The notes under the pieces were generated by a model. It did no database searches. It was given only the letters and a program-made list of their open reading frames with translations, and was not told the DNA's origin. Position numbers and translations under genes: made by a program. Positions 47,195-56,466 of a stretch of 64,000 nucleotides of DNA are shown one piece after another. Numbering within the stretch: position 1 is the stretch's first letter; the number at the start of each line of letters is the position of its first letter. This stretch comes from Candidatus Wallbacteria bacterium (GTDB lineage: Bacteria > Muiribacteriota > JAQTZZ01): NCBI GenBank assembly GCA_028687545.1, contig JAQTZZ010000002.1, forward strand, positions 74,087-138,086, read 5' to 3'.

Positions 47195-48472
47195 TCAGCT
47201 CCCTGCATCTACCAGGGAAAACATCAGTTCCCCTGATGCCACAAGTTTTTCATTAACTCTGGCCTCTCCCAGCACCTTACCCATATTTCCCTTCACCTTC
47301 AGCACATGAACGGTCAGTTCGAGGCAGTCCCCAGGGATCACAGGCTGACGGAATCTGACATTGTCGATTCCTGTGAAATATGGAAGCTTTCCCGCGTGTT
47401 GTGTCTGGGAAAGCATGAAAGCACAGGAGACCTGAGCCATGGCTTCGATGATCAGAACTCCCGGCATCACAGGCTGCTGAGGAAAATGACCGTTGAAAAA
47501 GCTCTCATTCGCTGTGACATTTTTGATTCCAACGGCTTTCTTTCCATCCACTATCTCAATGATCCTGTCTACCAGCAGAAAGGGAAAGCGGTGCGGAAGA
47601 ATTTTCTTGATGTCGTTGATGTTCCAGTTGACAAGGTTCTTGCGGCTCAATAAATCGGTTCTCAGCTGCCTGACCAGTTGGACATTGTGGGCATGCCCTG
47701 TCTTGAAGGCTATCACATGTCCGATAATGGGGCGACCGAGAAGATAGAGGTCTCCCAGCACATCCAGAATCTTGTGTCTGACAAATTCATCGGGATACCG
47801 CAGGTCAGGGTTGAGAATTTTATCTTCTGAGAGTGCTACAGTATTATCAAGAGATGCACCGAGAGCCTGTCCTTTTTTCTTTAATTCCTCGTAATCCGTT
47901 ACAAATCCGAATGTGCGGGCACCATTGATCTCCTCGATGAAACCTGCTTCGCTGCTCTCATAATCTACATGCTGCACAGCGATCTTCGGATGAGGATAGT
48001 CGATGGTGAAAGAAACCCGCAGGTTTTTATGTGGTATCACCAGTATTTTCTTGTCGTTTTTTGACACCTCATAAAACTTTTCCACTTTGAACACCGGCTG
48101 TTCGACTTCAGATTCATGGATGCCGGCTTTGAGTATCGCTTCCACGAACGGACGGGAACTTCCGTCAAGAGCAGGCGGTTCGTTCCCCGAGATTTTTACG
48201 GTCACATTGTAAATGTTCATTCCAGCGAATGCCGAAAGCACATGTTCAACCGTATGGACTTTAACATCACCTAAACCAAGCGTGGTCCCGCGCTCGATTC
48301 CGACTACATTCTCTACTATAGCCTTGATCTCAGGCTGCCCGGGCAGGTCCATCCGGATGAACTTGACGCCCGAATCCGGTGGAGCAGGTTCGAAAATGAC
48401 TTCAGTCGGATTTCCCGTGTGCAGCCCCTTGCCGGACAGTTTTATCGGTTCCTTGATTGTTTTCTGCTTCAT
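47195..48472 (-). CDS. lpxC: Bifunctional UDP-3-O-acyl-GlcNAc deacetylase / 3-hydroxyacyl-ACP dehydratase (LpxC-FabZ fusion)
   Basis: The N-terminal LpxC signatures are KLSGKGLHTGNP and KTGHAHNVQLV. The C-terminal FabZ hotdog region is ILPHRFPFLLVDRIIE...GHFP...PVMPGVL. Confidence 0.9.
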   Translation of the reverse strand: MKQKTIKEPIKLSGKGLHTGNPTEVIFEPAPPDSGVKFIRMDLPGQPEIKAIVENVVGIERGTTLGLGDVKVHTVEHVLSAFAGMNIYNVTVKISGNEPPALDGSSRPFVEAILKAGIHESEVEQPVFKVEKFYEVSKNDKKILVIPHKNLRVSFTIDYPHPKIAVQHVDYESSEAGFIEEINGARTFGFVTDYEELKKKGQALGASLDNTVALSEDKILNPDLRYPDEFVRHKILDVLGDLYLLGRPIIGHVIAFKTGHAHNVQLVRQLRTDLLSRKNLVNWNINDIKKILPHRFPFLLVDRIIEIVDGKKAVGIKNVTANESFFNGHFPQQPVMPGVLIIEAMAQVSCAFMLSQTQHAGKLPYFTGIDNVRFRQPVIPGDCLELTVHVLKVKGNMGKVLGEARVNEKLVASGELMFSLVDAGS

Positions 48473-48718
48473 TGAAGATCCTTTCGGAGAGAGAAAAATA
48501 CTATGAGGCTCTTACGGATTCCTGTCTGTTAGAGCCTCATGTCCTGACATGATGATCGTCAGGACTCGGGTCTTGAAGAACTCCTTAGATCCCACTCTGA
48601 AGAGCCACTTGCAAACTTGTTTGTTAGTGGCTCTCATCCCAAAGCCTTTGGCTTTGGGACGCTACGGGGATTAGGAGTTGTAACAAAACCTTCGCGGGGC
48701 TCAGGTTTTTAACAACTC

Positions 48719-49444
48719 CTAGAAATTATATCCAAAACTCGCCATAAAGCCACGATTATTTTTGAAATTTTCCCTGTCCCTCAAATCCAGTTTCCAGTAT
48801 TCGAATTTTATGCCATTCAGGCTTACTCTGGCTCCCGCATCCAGGATCCCGGAAGACTCTATTCCTGCCAGCAGCTCACAGCAAGCGAAAAGCTTTTTTT
48901 CCAGCCCCAGAAACTGTCTTTTCTCGCAGGCCTTGAAACCTGAGAGATGGGAAAAAACTTCCTTGGGCTGGAAAATCTTCCCTGCGAGTTCGGGGTCCTT
49001 GAAATTTCCTTCCTTTAATACTCCACCATGAAGCCGTAATCCCAGCAAATTGATGGTTTTGGAAGCAGTCAAAAAAAATCCTTTTTCCACCCCTGGGTCG
49101 TTAAGATCCAGAAGGCCTGCAGCCAGCGCAGGAAAAAAAGCGGATTCCGGCAGGAACCCGAGCTTCAAACCAATGATTCCCGGATCTGAATACTGCCTCT
49201 TTTTAAATGAGACTTCCAGGTAACGGAAAAATTTCTGAGAAATCACGAAATTGCTGAGATTGTTGTATCTGAAATAGCTGATCCCCTCGTCAGGATAAGC
49301 GTTAGGAATACCCAGAAAGCCTGAGATTCCCCTGTATGACACCGCTTCGGCTGAATGGATGCAGCAGAGAAAAAAACACAAGCATAACCGCAGGAAAATT
49401 ATGCGAAAATCAGTCTTCCTTCTTTTCTGAAAAAATCTTTTCAA
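48719..49444 (-). CDS. Putative small outer-membrane beta-barrel protein (241 aa) inserted between lpxD and lpxC-fabZ
   Basis: It has a signal peptide and ends in FMASFGYNF, a C-terminal aromatic OMP signature. It overlaps the lpxD stop by 35 bp. No catalytic assignment was possible. Confidence 0.35.
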   Translation of the reverse strand: MKRFFQKRRKTDFRIIFLRLCLCFFLCCIHSAEAVSYRGISGFLGIPNAYPDEGISYFRYNNLSNFVISQKFFRYLEVSFKKRQYSDPGIIGLKLGFLPESAFFPALAAGLLDLNDPGVEKGFFLTASKTINLLGLRLHGGVLKEGNFKDPELAGKIFQPKEVFSHLSGFKACEKRQFLGLEKKLFACCELLAGIESSGILDAGARVSLNGIKFEYWKLDLRDRENFKNNRGFMASFGYNF

Positions 49445-50441
49445 GTCTGGCTATCCTTTTCAGAAGCTCCGGCAACCTTTTGAGAGCAGCCTTGATCTTG
49501 GTCTCTTCCTGATGCGGCCTGGCCGGGAATCCCGAAACAAATGATCCCGGAGGCAGGCAATGAGTGACAACCGTTCTAGCTGCCAGCACTGAGTTCGCAC
49601 CGACAGTCAGATGACCGACAACGCCACTCTGGGCGGCCATGGTCACATTGTTCTCGAGCGTAGCGCTGCCTGCGATACCGCTTTGGGCAACGATCAGGCA
49701 GTTCCGGCCGACCTTGACGTTGTGCGCGATCTGGATCAGATTGTCCAGTTTGCTGCCGGCACCGATCACGGTATTCCCGACCGTACCCCTGTCGACTGTG
49801 GAATTAGCCCCGATCTCTACATTATCCTCAATCACCACTCCGCCCACATGAGGGATTTTCAGATGTGTTTCCTGAAATCTGGTATATCCGAATCCATCGC
49901 TGCCGATGACTGTTCCGGAATGCAGAATCACCTGAGAGCCAATTTTAACGTTTTTCAGAATGGTGACACGTGGATAAATCCGCGTCCGCTCACCAATTGT
50001 CACACCGCTGCCGATATAAACTTGAGCTTCCAGAATGCAGCCTGGGCCGATCTCAGCCCCAGCCTCGATCACTGCATAAGGACCGATGAAACAATTTTTA
50101 CCGATTCTGGATTCTTTGGAAATCACGGCTGTGGGATGGATGGAGGGCTGGATCTTCTCCTGCGGATAGAAGAGATTGATCATATCGGCAAAAGCAAGAT
50201 ATGCGTTCTTGCAGATTATGCAGGGTTTACCGCTTTCCAGCAGAGGCAGGCCTTCTTCAAGAAGAAGGGCAGAAGCTTTCGAATCATCTACCAGTTTGTA
50301 ATATTTACTGCTGACGACAAAACTCAAATCGCCATCAATTGCATCCTGCAGACTGGCAAGACCGCTGATTTTCTGCTCAGGACAGCCAATCAGCTTTCCC
50401 TTGACAGCTTCCGCAACCTCTCTCAGGGTAATTTCCATCAT
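49410..50441 (-). CDS. lpxD: UDP-3-O-acylglucosamine N-acyltransferase
   Basis: It has an LpxD-like N-terminal domain (MMEITLREVAEAVKGKLIG...) followed by extensive hexapeptide repeats. The protein is about 340 aa and follows skp. Confidence 0.85.
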   Translation of the reverse strand: MMEITLREVAEAVKGKLIGCPEQKISGLASLQDAIDGDLSFVVSSKYYKLVDDSKASALLLEEGLPLLESGKPCIICKNAYLAFADMINLFYPQEKIQPSIHPTAVISKESRIGKNCFIGPYAVIEAGAEIGPGCILEAQVYIGSGVTIGERTRIYPRVTILKNVKIGSQVILHSGTVIGSDGFGYTRFQETHLKIPHVGGVVIEDNVEIGANSTVDRGTVGNTVIGAGSKLDNLIQIAHNVKVGRNCLIVAQSGIAGSATLENNVTMAAQSGVVGHLTVGANSVLAARTVVTHCLPPGSFVSGFPARPHQEETKIKAALKRLPELLKRIARLEKIFSEKKED

Positions 50442-50456
50442 CCTCTGCCCCGTATG

Positions 50457-50981
50457 CTATTTCGGGCTTTTGGGAGCGGTTTTTGGGGCTTCTTTGTTGA
50501 TGATCGAGATCACCTCGTCGGTCAGATCTTCCCCGCCGAAATAAACAGCGTTCCTGTCCAGGATTGCAGTATAGCCCTTCTTCGCTCCAAGATCCTTGAT
50601 CACGATGTCGATCTCTTTCTTGAGCTTCTCGTATTCATTGAACTGCATTTCCTTCAGTTTTCCGGTAAGATCCTGACCCATATCCTGATATTCCTGAAGT
50701 TTGTCCATGATCTTCTTGCGCTCGGTTTTTTTCAGATCATCAGACAGAGTGGGTTCCTTTTTATCATATGCCTCTTTCAGACCGGCGATTTCAGTTTTGT
50801 TTGTGTCAAGCTTCTTCTGCCAGTCGTCAGTCCTCTTTTTCAGATCTGCGTTTACCGCATCTGTCTTATAATAAGCAGAAAAAACTTTTTCATAATCCAC
50901 ATACCCGATCTTCAGGTCTGCCGCCTGCAACACCAGAGCACCCATGAAAACGATCCAGATTGCTGACAAACACTTTTTCAT
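50457..50981 (-). CDS. skp: Periplasmic chaperone Skp/OmpH (canonical, 174 aa)
   Basis: It has a signal peptide, the beta-strand KIGYVDYEKVF, a coiled coil, and the segment LGAKKGYTAILDRNAVYFGGEDLTDEVI. It lies between the Omp85 gene and lpxD. Confidence 0.8.
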   Translation of the reverse strand: MKKCLSAIWIVFMGALVLQAADLKIGYVDYEKVFSAYYKTDAVNADLKKRTDDWQKKLDTNKTEIAGLKEAYDKKEPTLSDDLKKTERKKIMDKLQEYQDMGQDLTGKLKEMQFNEYEKLKKEIDIVIKDLGAKKGYTAILDRNAVYFGGEDLTDEVISIINKEAPKTAPKSPK

Positions 50982-51007
50982 TAAAGCCTCCCTCTTGCTT
51001 ATTTGAA

Positions 51008-52687
51008 TTAAAATGAATCGCCCATCGAGAAATAAGTTCTTCCGCCCCTGCCGTTGTTTCCTTTGCCGTAATCGAGACGGATCTGGCCGATCGGGCTTTT
51101 CACCGACACTCCCAAGCCTACACCGCTCTTATTCAGGCTGAAATGGTTTTCAATTTCCTTGTTCACGTCGCCCGCATCATAGAACAGGATGCCTGTGAAT
51201 TTGTCGGTGAACATATGCCTGAATTCAGTATTCGAATACAGCATTTCACGGCCTGAATATTCCCTGTTTTTATAGCCTCTGAGATTGGAAGATCCACCGA
51301 GGCCGAACAGCTCGTACTCAGGCACGTCGCCTGAAGTCAGGTCGATGATGCCGTAACTCAACCTGGTTGCCACCACATTTTTCGGTTTGACCTGGAAATA
51401 TCTCCTCAGCATGCCCTGGTAAGTGGAATAATTGTTGGGGCCCATCAGGAAACCGCCAGTTTTGGTGATGCCGATCGAATCCATCAGGCCTGAAGTAGGC
51501 TGGAACGGGTTGTCACGGGTATCCCTGGAAACCTCAAAACCGAGGCTCTGGAGATGCTCGTCTCCATATAAATATCCCGGAATATTGGCATCAATGGACA
51601 CCTTCTCGTCCCTGAAGGTGACTGTGCCGGTCGTGAAGTAAGCGAGCTTCTTGCCGACGCTGACGGCACCGCCTTTTCTGCTCTCGTCGTAATTGCCCAC
51701 CAGGCTTCCATTATTATCATACTGCTCACGGTTGATCTTGGTGTTGTAAAGGTTTAACCCTACAGCTACCGGTTTCCTCCGAAACCATGGTTCCATGAAT
51801 CCAAGTTCATAGCTCGAAACTCCGCCGAATTCCGTCTTGACATTCAGGGTTTGTCCCCTGCCCTGGAAGTTCTTTTTGGCGACCTGCACGAATCCCACAA
51901 AGCCGTTTGAAGAACTGTAGCCACCTCCAAAGGAAGCCTGACCGGTTCTCTGCTCTGTCACACTCACTACCAGGATCACGTCATCCGGATTCTTACCCTT
52001 CAGATGGGAGGGTTTGACTGTTTCGAAGTAACCAAGATTGAACACTTTCTGCAGGCTCTTCCTGATTTTATGGGCGTTATAGACATTCCCGGGCTTGATT
52101 TCGAATTCGCGCAGGATGACCCAGTCCTTGGTACTGTCGCTTCCTTCCACCCGGATTTCTTCCAGCTTTCCCTCAACAATCGAAAGCTTCAGGCTGGCGC
52201 CCTCCGCATCAACTTTGACATCGCTGACCTGCGACAATACATAACCTTTGTCCTTATAAAAATCATTGATTCGTTTGACGTCGGCATTGAACAGCGGAAT
52301 ATTGAAAATGTTGCCGATTTTAGTCTTGATCAGTTTGTTCAGTTCAACCAGGGGAACCACTTTGTTCCCGATCACGTCGATGCTCTTGACTATGGCGTTT
52401 TCCTTGACCTTGAAGATCAGGTATTTTCCCCCATCCAGATCCTCGATTTCAGCTCCCACGTTTGAGAAGTAACCGAGTTCATAAATCAGCTTCATGTTGT
52501 CCTGGATCAGTTCTTCGGTCAGTTCGCTGCCGAGCTTGGCTTTCACCGCCAGCAGTACTACATCCTTATCCACAAGTGTGTTGCCGATCACCCCGATCTT
52601 CTGAAGGGTGTTTGCGGCAAAGACTGGAATTGCAAATAATGTCAGCAAAACTGCAATTCTGATGATGCATTTCCGATTATCCCTCAC
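51008..52687 (-). CDS. Omp85-family outer membrane protein assembly factor (short BamA/TamA-like, 559 aa)
   Basis: It has a signal peptide and POTRA-like N-terminal domains. The C-terminal beta-barrel ends in ...RTYFSMGDSF. It lies directly downstream of tamB and upstream of skp. Confidence 0.75.
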   Translation of the reverse strand: MRDNRKCIIRIAVLLTLFAIPVFAANTLQKIGVIGNTLVDKDVVLLAVKAKLGSELTEELIQDNMKLIYELGYFSNVGAEIEDLDGGKYLIFKVKENAIVKSIDVIGNKVVPLVELNKLIKTKIGNIFNIPLFNADVKRINDFYKDKGYVLSQVSDVKVDAEGASLKLSIVEGKLEEIRVEGSDSTKDWVILREFEIKPGNVYNAHKIRKSLQKVFNLGYFETVKPSHLKGKNPDDVILVVSVTEQRTGQASFGGGYSSSNGFVGFVQVAKKNFQGRGQTLNVKTEFGGVSSYELGFMEPWFRRKPVAVGLNLYNTKINREQYDNNGSLVGNYDESRKGGAVSVGKKLAYFTTGTVTFRDEKVSIDANIPGYLYGDEHLQSLGFEVSRDTRDNPFQPTSGLMDSIGITKTGGFLMGPNNYSTYQGMLRRYFQVKPKNVVATRLSYGIIDLTSGDVPEYELFGLGGSSNLRGYKNREYSGREMLYSNTEFRHMFTDKFTGILFYDAGDVNKEIENHFSLNKSGVGLGVSVKSPIGQIRLDYGKGNNGRGGRTYFSMGDSF

Positions 52688-52707
52688 TGTTCCCCCTCGT
52701 TTTTTTG

Positions 52708-55700
52708 CTAAAAGGAAATACTGTAATTAAGGCCGTACCGGTATTCCTGCTTGTAATCATCGTAGATTCCATCCAGGTACAGGTGTTTATTGGTTTTGTA
52801 CTTGAGCTCGAACTGCTGGTCTTCTTCGTATCTTCTAATTGCTTTGTAATAGCGGAGATAAACTCTGTCATTCAGTGACTTGCCCAGCCTGAGGTCAAGG
52901 CTTTCCGGGTTGAATTTTTCACTCCCGCTCTCGATGTCGAATTCTTCGAGTTCAAGTTCCTTGGCAATGTTATCTCCGACTTTGCCCATCAGTTGTTCGC
53001 TGAGATTGAATTTCAGTGCTTCCCTGAAACGGGAATCGCTCCACTGATCGTCTCCAAGGGAACCCAGAGTGCTGCCGGTAATCATCTTCTGCAGCTTGTC
53101 CTTTTCCATTTCATTGGTTGAATAGGCGGAAACCTGGAGATTGCTGAGAGGGCCATTCACAGACAGATAGACATCATTTCCCTGGATTTTCTTGTAGGCT
53201 GTCAGGTTCAGGAAAAGATTGGTATCGCCTTCGATGAAGCTTTCATTGCGTGAAAGGACGATTTCATGCTCCTTTCCTTTTAAATCATGTTCAGGATCAA
53301 GATATTTATACTTTGCATCAAAGGGTTTATCGCGCTGCTTCAAATCGATCACCTTTTCCCTTTTGCTGCCGTCTTCTTTTGATTTGGCAAGCGTCTGATA
53401 GTACGCCTTTCCTGTAACAATATCAAACCTGTGATTGAAATAATTCACAGTTCCTCTCACAAGTTTGACATCGCCTGAAGCGGTAATGCCTGGATAGTCT
53501 TCGCCGGTCAGAAAGAATGAACCGGAAACCTCAATATTGAAAAACTGGTTTTTGACCCAGACATTCTGTCCGGCACGCAATTCCAGCTTGAATCTGAGCG
53601 GTGAGAGATTCACCCGGTCGAGATTGACGTCTTCGCCGGTCTTCAACACAATCTTGCAGTCGTCCAGTTCGGCTTCCCCGGTCAAATGCCAGCCGGTTTT
53701 TTCGTGAGTCAGGTAGAAAGAGCTGGTGCCTTTGATACTTTCACCGTTGTAATCGGTCGCAAACTCCAATTGCCCGTGGTTCTGCATCAGATTGCCCTTC
53801 AAAACAATTCCTGGAAGTTTATCAAAAGAGGTTATTTTTTTCAAATATCCGCAGTCAAGATCGAAGCTTCCAGACAGTGAGTCCCCGGCCATTTTCAAAG
53901 AAACCCATTCTTTATCCAACTGCCTGTCCGAAAGACTGAGGGTAAAATCTTCAAGAGTCAGGTCGTTTTGCAGGCAAAGTTCCCCCTGCAGTGTGAAATT
54001 CTGATTTTTTAGCTTAATACCTCTTAACCAAAACTTGTCTTTGGAAAGAGAAATTTTCAGGTTACCCTTCCAGCCTGAGAATACAGGATTATCTGAACCG
54101 AAATCATCAACCAGGACATCACCTTTTGCGATCCTGCCGGACAAAATAAAACTGCCCGCAGAGTTGCCCCCGTATTTCACATCAGAGAGCCGCAGCGAAA
54201 CTTCCCCTGTAGCCAGATCAGTGGAAAATGCCAGCACTCCATCAGTAGTGAAAGAGAATTTTTCGAAACTGAGCCTGGCGTTCTCAAACTTCAATCCCAT
54301 GGATCTCAATCCGGTATCGTTCCTGATTATTATCTGTCCCAGATTTTTGATGCTGCCGCCATCCGGCAGAAGCGCTTCAAAAGACGCCAGGGTCGTACTC
54401 TGCTCGTCTCCTTTCCCGGATAAAGTCAATTCTCTGAATCCCTGACCTTTGAATTTCCCGTCCTTGAGTACAATCTTGAAATCCACATCGCCTATCTTTG
54501 ATTGACGGCCTTTCATGGTGATCAGACCCTTGATCCTGTCAGCGGTAATTCCGTATCTCTGAAAAATATCCCGCAGCATCGGCGCAATGATCACATAATC
54601 ATTCATCCTGAAATTCATGCCCCATTCTGATCGCTTCATCTCGTACTGCCCATTGAATTCTGCTGTTTCAATCTTCCCGTCTATTTCAACGGAATCCCGG
54701 CTGACCTGGGCTTTTGCAACAATTCCGTAATCCGGGATTCTTACTTCAGCGGAGACTTGCGGGTTCGATAAATTTCCATAGGCCTCGCCGCTGATTTCTG
54801 CCATCCCTCCGAATCCGAGATCCTTGAGATACCGGATCAGGTCGCATTTTCCGGCCCAGGAAAAATTCAGGTGATTGCCGGAGAGTCCGAGCTGCCCCGA
54901 CAATTCGCCTTTCCCGAATCGATTATTTACCGTCGATCTGCCGATTTCCAGATCCAGGCCCAGGGTTTTAAAATTCAGGCCTCCGGACAGAGGCTCTGTG
55001 AAAACAGGGAGTGCCAGAGTGTAATCCGAGCGGACAGAGATCCCTTTCCCTGGAAGACTTTCACCGGACCAGACGGCGGTCAGGCACCTGGACTTCACAG
55101 CTCCCTTGAATCTGGGCAGGCTGTTCAAGTCCAACTGAAACGGAAAATGTTCAGCCCCAAGCAACAGATCGCTTTCCAGCAGGAACTTCCCGGCTTTTCC
55201 TTTGACCGTGCCGTCCAGGGAGAGAAAATTGAAAGAGCTGTTTTGAGCTCTGAATGTCAGATCCGCACCGGCAGCCGGGGTCACCGATACCTCACCGCTC
55301 AGCAGAATTTCCCAGGCCCTGGAAAGCAGGAACGAAGATTTGGCCAGCGATAATTTCCCCTCCTTGTAACTGAATGCAAGTTCCATGTTCTCCAGCATAT
55401 TCGAATAAATCTCCCCGGCATCCAGGGACAGTCTGCCGGAAAATTCCTTGATCTTCCCACCTGTGCTTTTTACTTCCACCTCACATCTTCCGAGCCCCTT
55501 GAGAGTCGTTGTCAGGTTGTCCGGGAAAAAAGCCTGAAAATCTGCCAGATTAATCCTGGGGGAAGTGACCTTGAACAAGAAATCCTTTTCCTTCTGAATT
55601 CCTTTGATTCTGAGTTGAGAGTAACAATATTTCCCGTCCAGATCGAAATTCAGTCCAGTCGGTGTGATTCCAACTTCTCCGGTCAGTTCCCTGAATTCAT

Positions 55701-56466
55701 TTCCAAAGATTGAAGCATCGGCCCCGCTGACGTGTAATTCGAGGTTCCAGCGGTTTTTATCGATCAAATCAGCCAGAAATCCGTTGAATTTTCCGTTGGC
55801 ATGTCCTCTGTGCATGACAATCCTTGCGTCGAACAGATGGAAAAGCGATTGATCAGAGAGGAGTGAAACGTCGTTCAATTCGAACTCGCCATCCAGCCCC
55901 CAGTTGCCTGGCCCGGTGAAAAGCGCTTTCACTTTGTTGCCTGAACTGTCTGTGAGACGAACCTGTCCTTCCCACCTTTCCTTTGAAAAGAACACCTCCA
56001 GGAAGCATGAATGAAGTCTGAAGGTCCTCTCCTTTAAACTGCAGACTACGGTAAAATCGGTCAGCAGGAGATGACGGATGTAGCGGTAAAATTGAGTCAG
56101 ATCCACAGCAGGAACATTACCCTTGTCATCCATGAACAGCTCACCGCCTGTAACCAGCAGCCGGCTGATGATCAGTTCGCGGCGGGAGGATAGAAAGCTC
56201 AAGTCGATTCTGGCTTCCCGCCCTTTCATCACTACAACTTCCCGGGAATCGGTGATGATAAAATCTTCCAGGAACACGCCCCTGGTATAGGAAAATCCGC
56301 TTTTTGTGTAAAACAACCCGACTTTGAATTTGGAGGTGAGAGTTTCCTTGACCTTGGAGATAACATATCCGGCGATCCGGTCGCTTCCGATCAGGGAAAG
56401 GATCACCGCAGAAAGCAGCAGTACTCCCAGGGCAAAAAATAAGAATCGCTTGAACTTATTTCTCAT
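52708..56466 (-). CDS. tamB: TamB/AsmA-like translocation-and-assembly module protein (1252 aa)
   Basis: It has an N-terminal TM anchor and a very long beta-rich body. A TamB-type C-terminal domain ends in ...GLNYSISF. It is adjacent to the Omp85 gene. Confidence 0.65.
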   Translation of the reverse strand: MRNKFKRFLFFALGVLLLSAVILSLIGSDRIAGYVISKVKETLTSKFKVGLFYTKSGFSYTRGVFLEDFIITDSREVVVMKGREARIDLSFLSSRRELIISRLLVTGGELFMDDKGNVPAVDLTQFYRYIRHLLLTDFTVVCSLKERTFRLHSCFLEVFFSKERWEGQVRLTDSSGNKVKALFTGPGNWGLDGEFELNDVSLLSDQSLFHLFDARIVMHRGHANGKFNGFLADLIDKNRWNLELHVSGADASIFGNEFRELTGEVGITPTGLNFDLDGKYCYSQLRIKGIQKEKDFLFKVTSPRINLADFQAFFPDNLTTTLKGLGRCEVEVKSTGGKIKEFSGRLSLDAGEIYSNMLENMELAFSYKEGKLSLAKSSFLLSRAWEILLSGEVSVTPAAGADLTFRAQNSSFNFLSLDGTVKGKAGKFLLESDLLLGAEHFPFQLDLNSLPRFKGAVKSRCLTAVWSGESLPGKGISVRSDYTLALPVFTEPLSGGLNFKTLGLDLEIGRSTVNNRFGKGELSGQLGLSGNHLNFSWAGKCDLIRYLKDLGFGGMAEISGEAYGNLSNPQVSAEVRIPDYGIVAKAQVSRDSVEIDGKIETAEFNGQYEMKRSEWGMNFRMNDYVIIAPMLRDIFQRYGITADRIKGLITMKGRQSKIGDVDFKIVLKDGKFKGQGFRELTLSGKGDEQSTTLASFEALLPDGGSIKNLGQIIIRNDTGLRSMGLKFENARLSFEKFSFTTDGVLAFSTDLATGEVSLRLSDVKYGGNSAGSFILSGRIAKGDVLVDDFGSDNPVFSGWKGNLKISLSKDKFWLRGIKLKNQNFTLQGELCLQNDLTLEDFTLSLSDRQLDKEWVSLKMAGDSLSGSFDLDCGYLKKITSFDKLPGIVLKGNLMQNHGQLEFATDYNGESIKGTSSFYLTHEKTGWHLTGEAELDDCKIVLKTGEDVNLDRVNLSPLRFKLELRAGQNVWVKNQFFNIEVSGSFFLTGEDYPGITASGDVKLVRGTVNYFNHRFDIVTGKAYYQTLAKSKEDGSKREKVIDLKQRDKPFDAKYKYLDPEHDLKGKEHEIVLSRNESFIEGDTNLFLNLTAYKKIQGNDVYLSVNGPLSNLQVSAYSTNEMEKDKLQKMITGSTLGSLGDDQWSDSRFREALKFNLSEQLMGKVGDNIAKELELEEFDIESGSEKFNPESLDLRLGKSLNDRVYLRYYKAIRRYEEDQQFELKYKTNKHLYLDGIYDDYKQEYRYGLNYSISF

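Noticed and set aside
48473-48718. tRNA or tmRNA in the structured intergenic region, and in other gaps such as 60622..60823
   Set aside because: There is no GTTCRANYC T-loop motif with flanking acceptor-stem complementarity on either strand, and the hairpin geometry is inconsistent with a cloverleaf.
49611-50966. 451 aa plus-strand ORF antisense to lpxD and skp
   Set aside because: It spans two well-supported minus-strand genes and their junction. It has no recognisable domain and a low-complexity, stop-poor antisense frame. It is treated as spurious.
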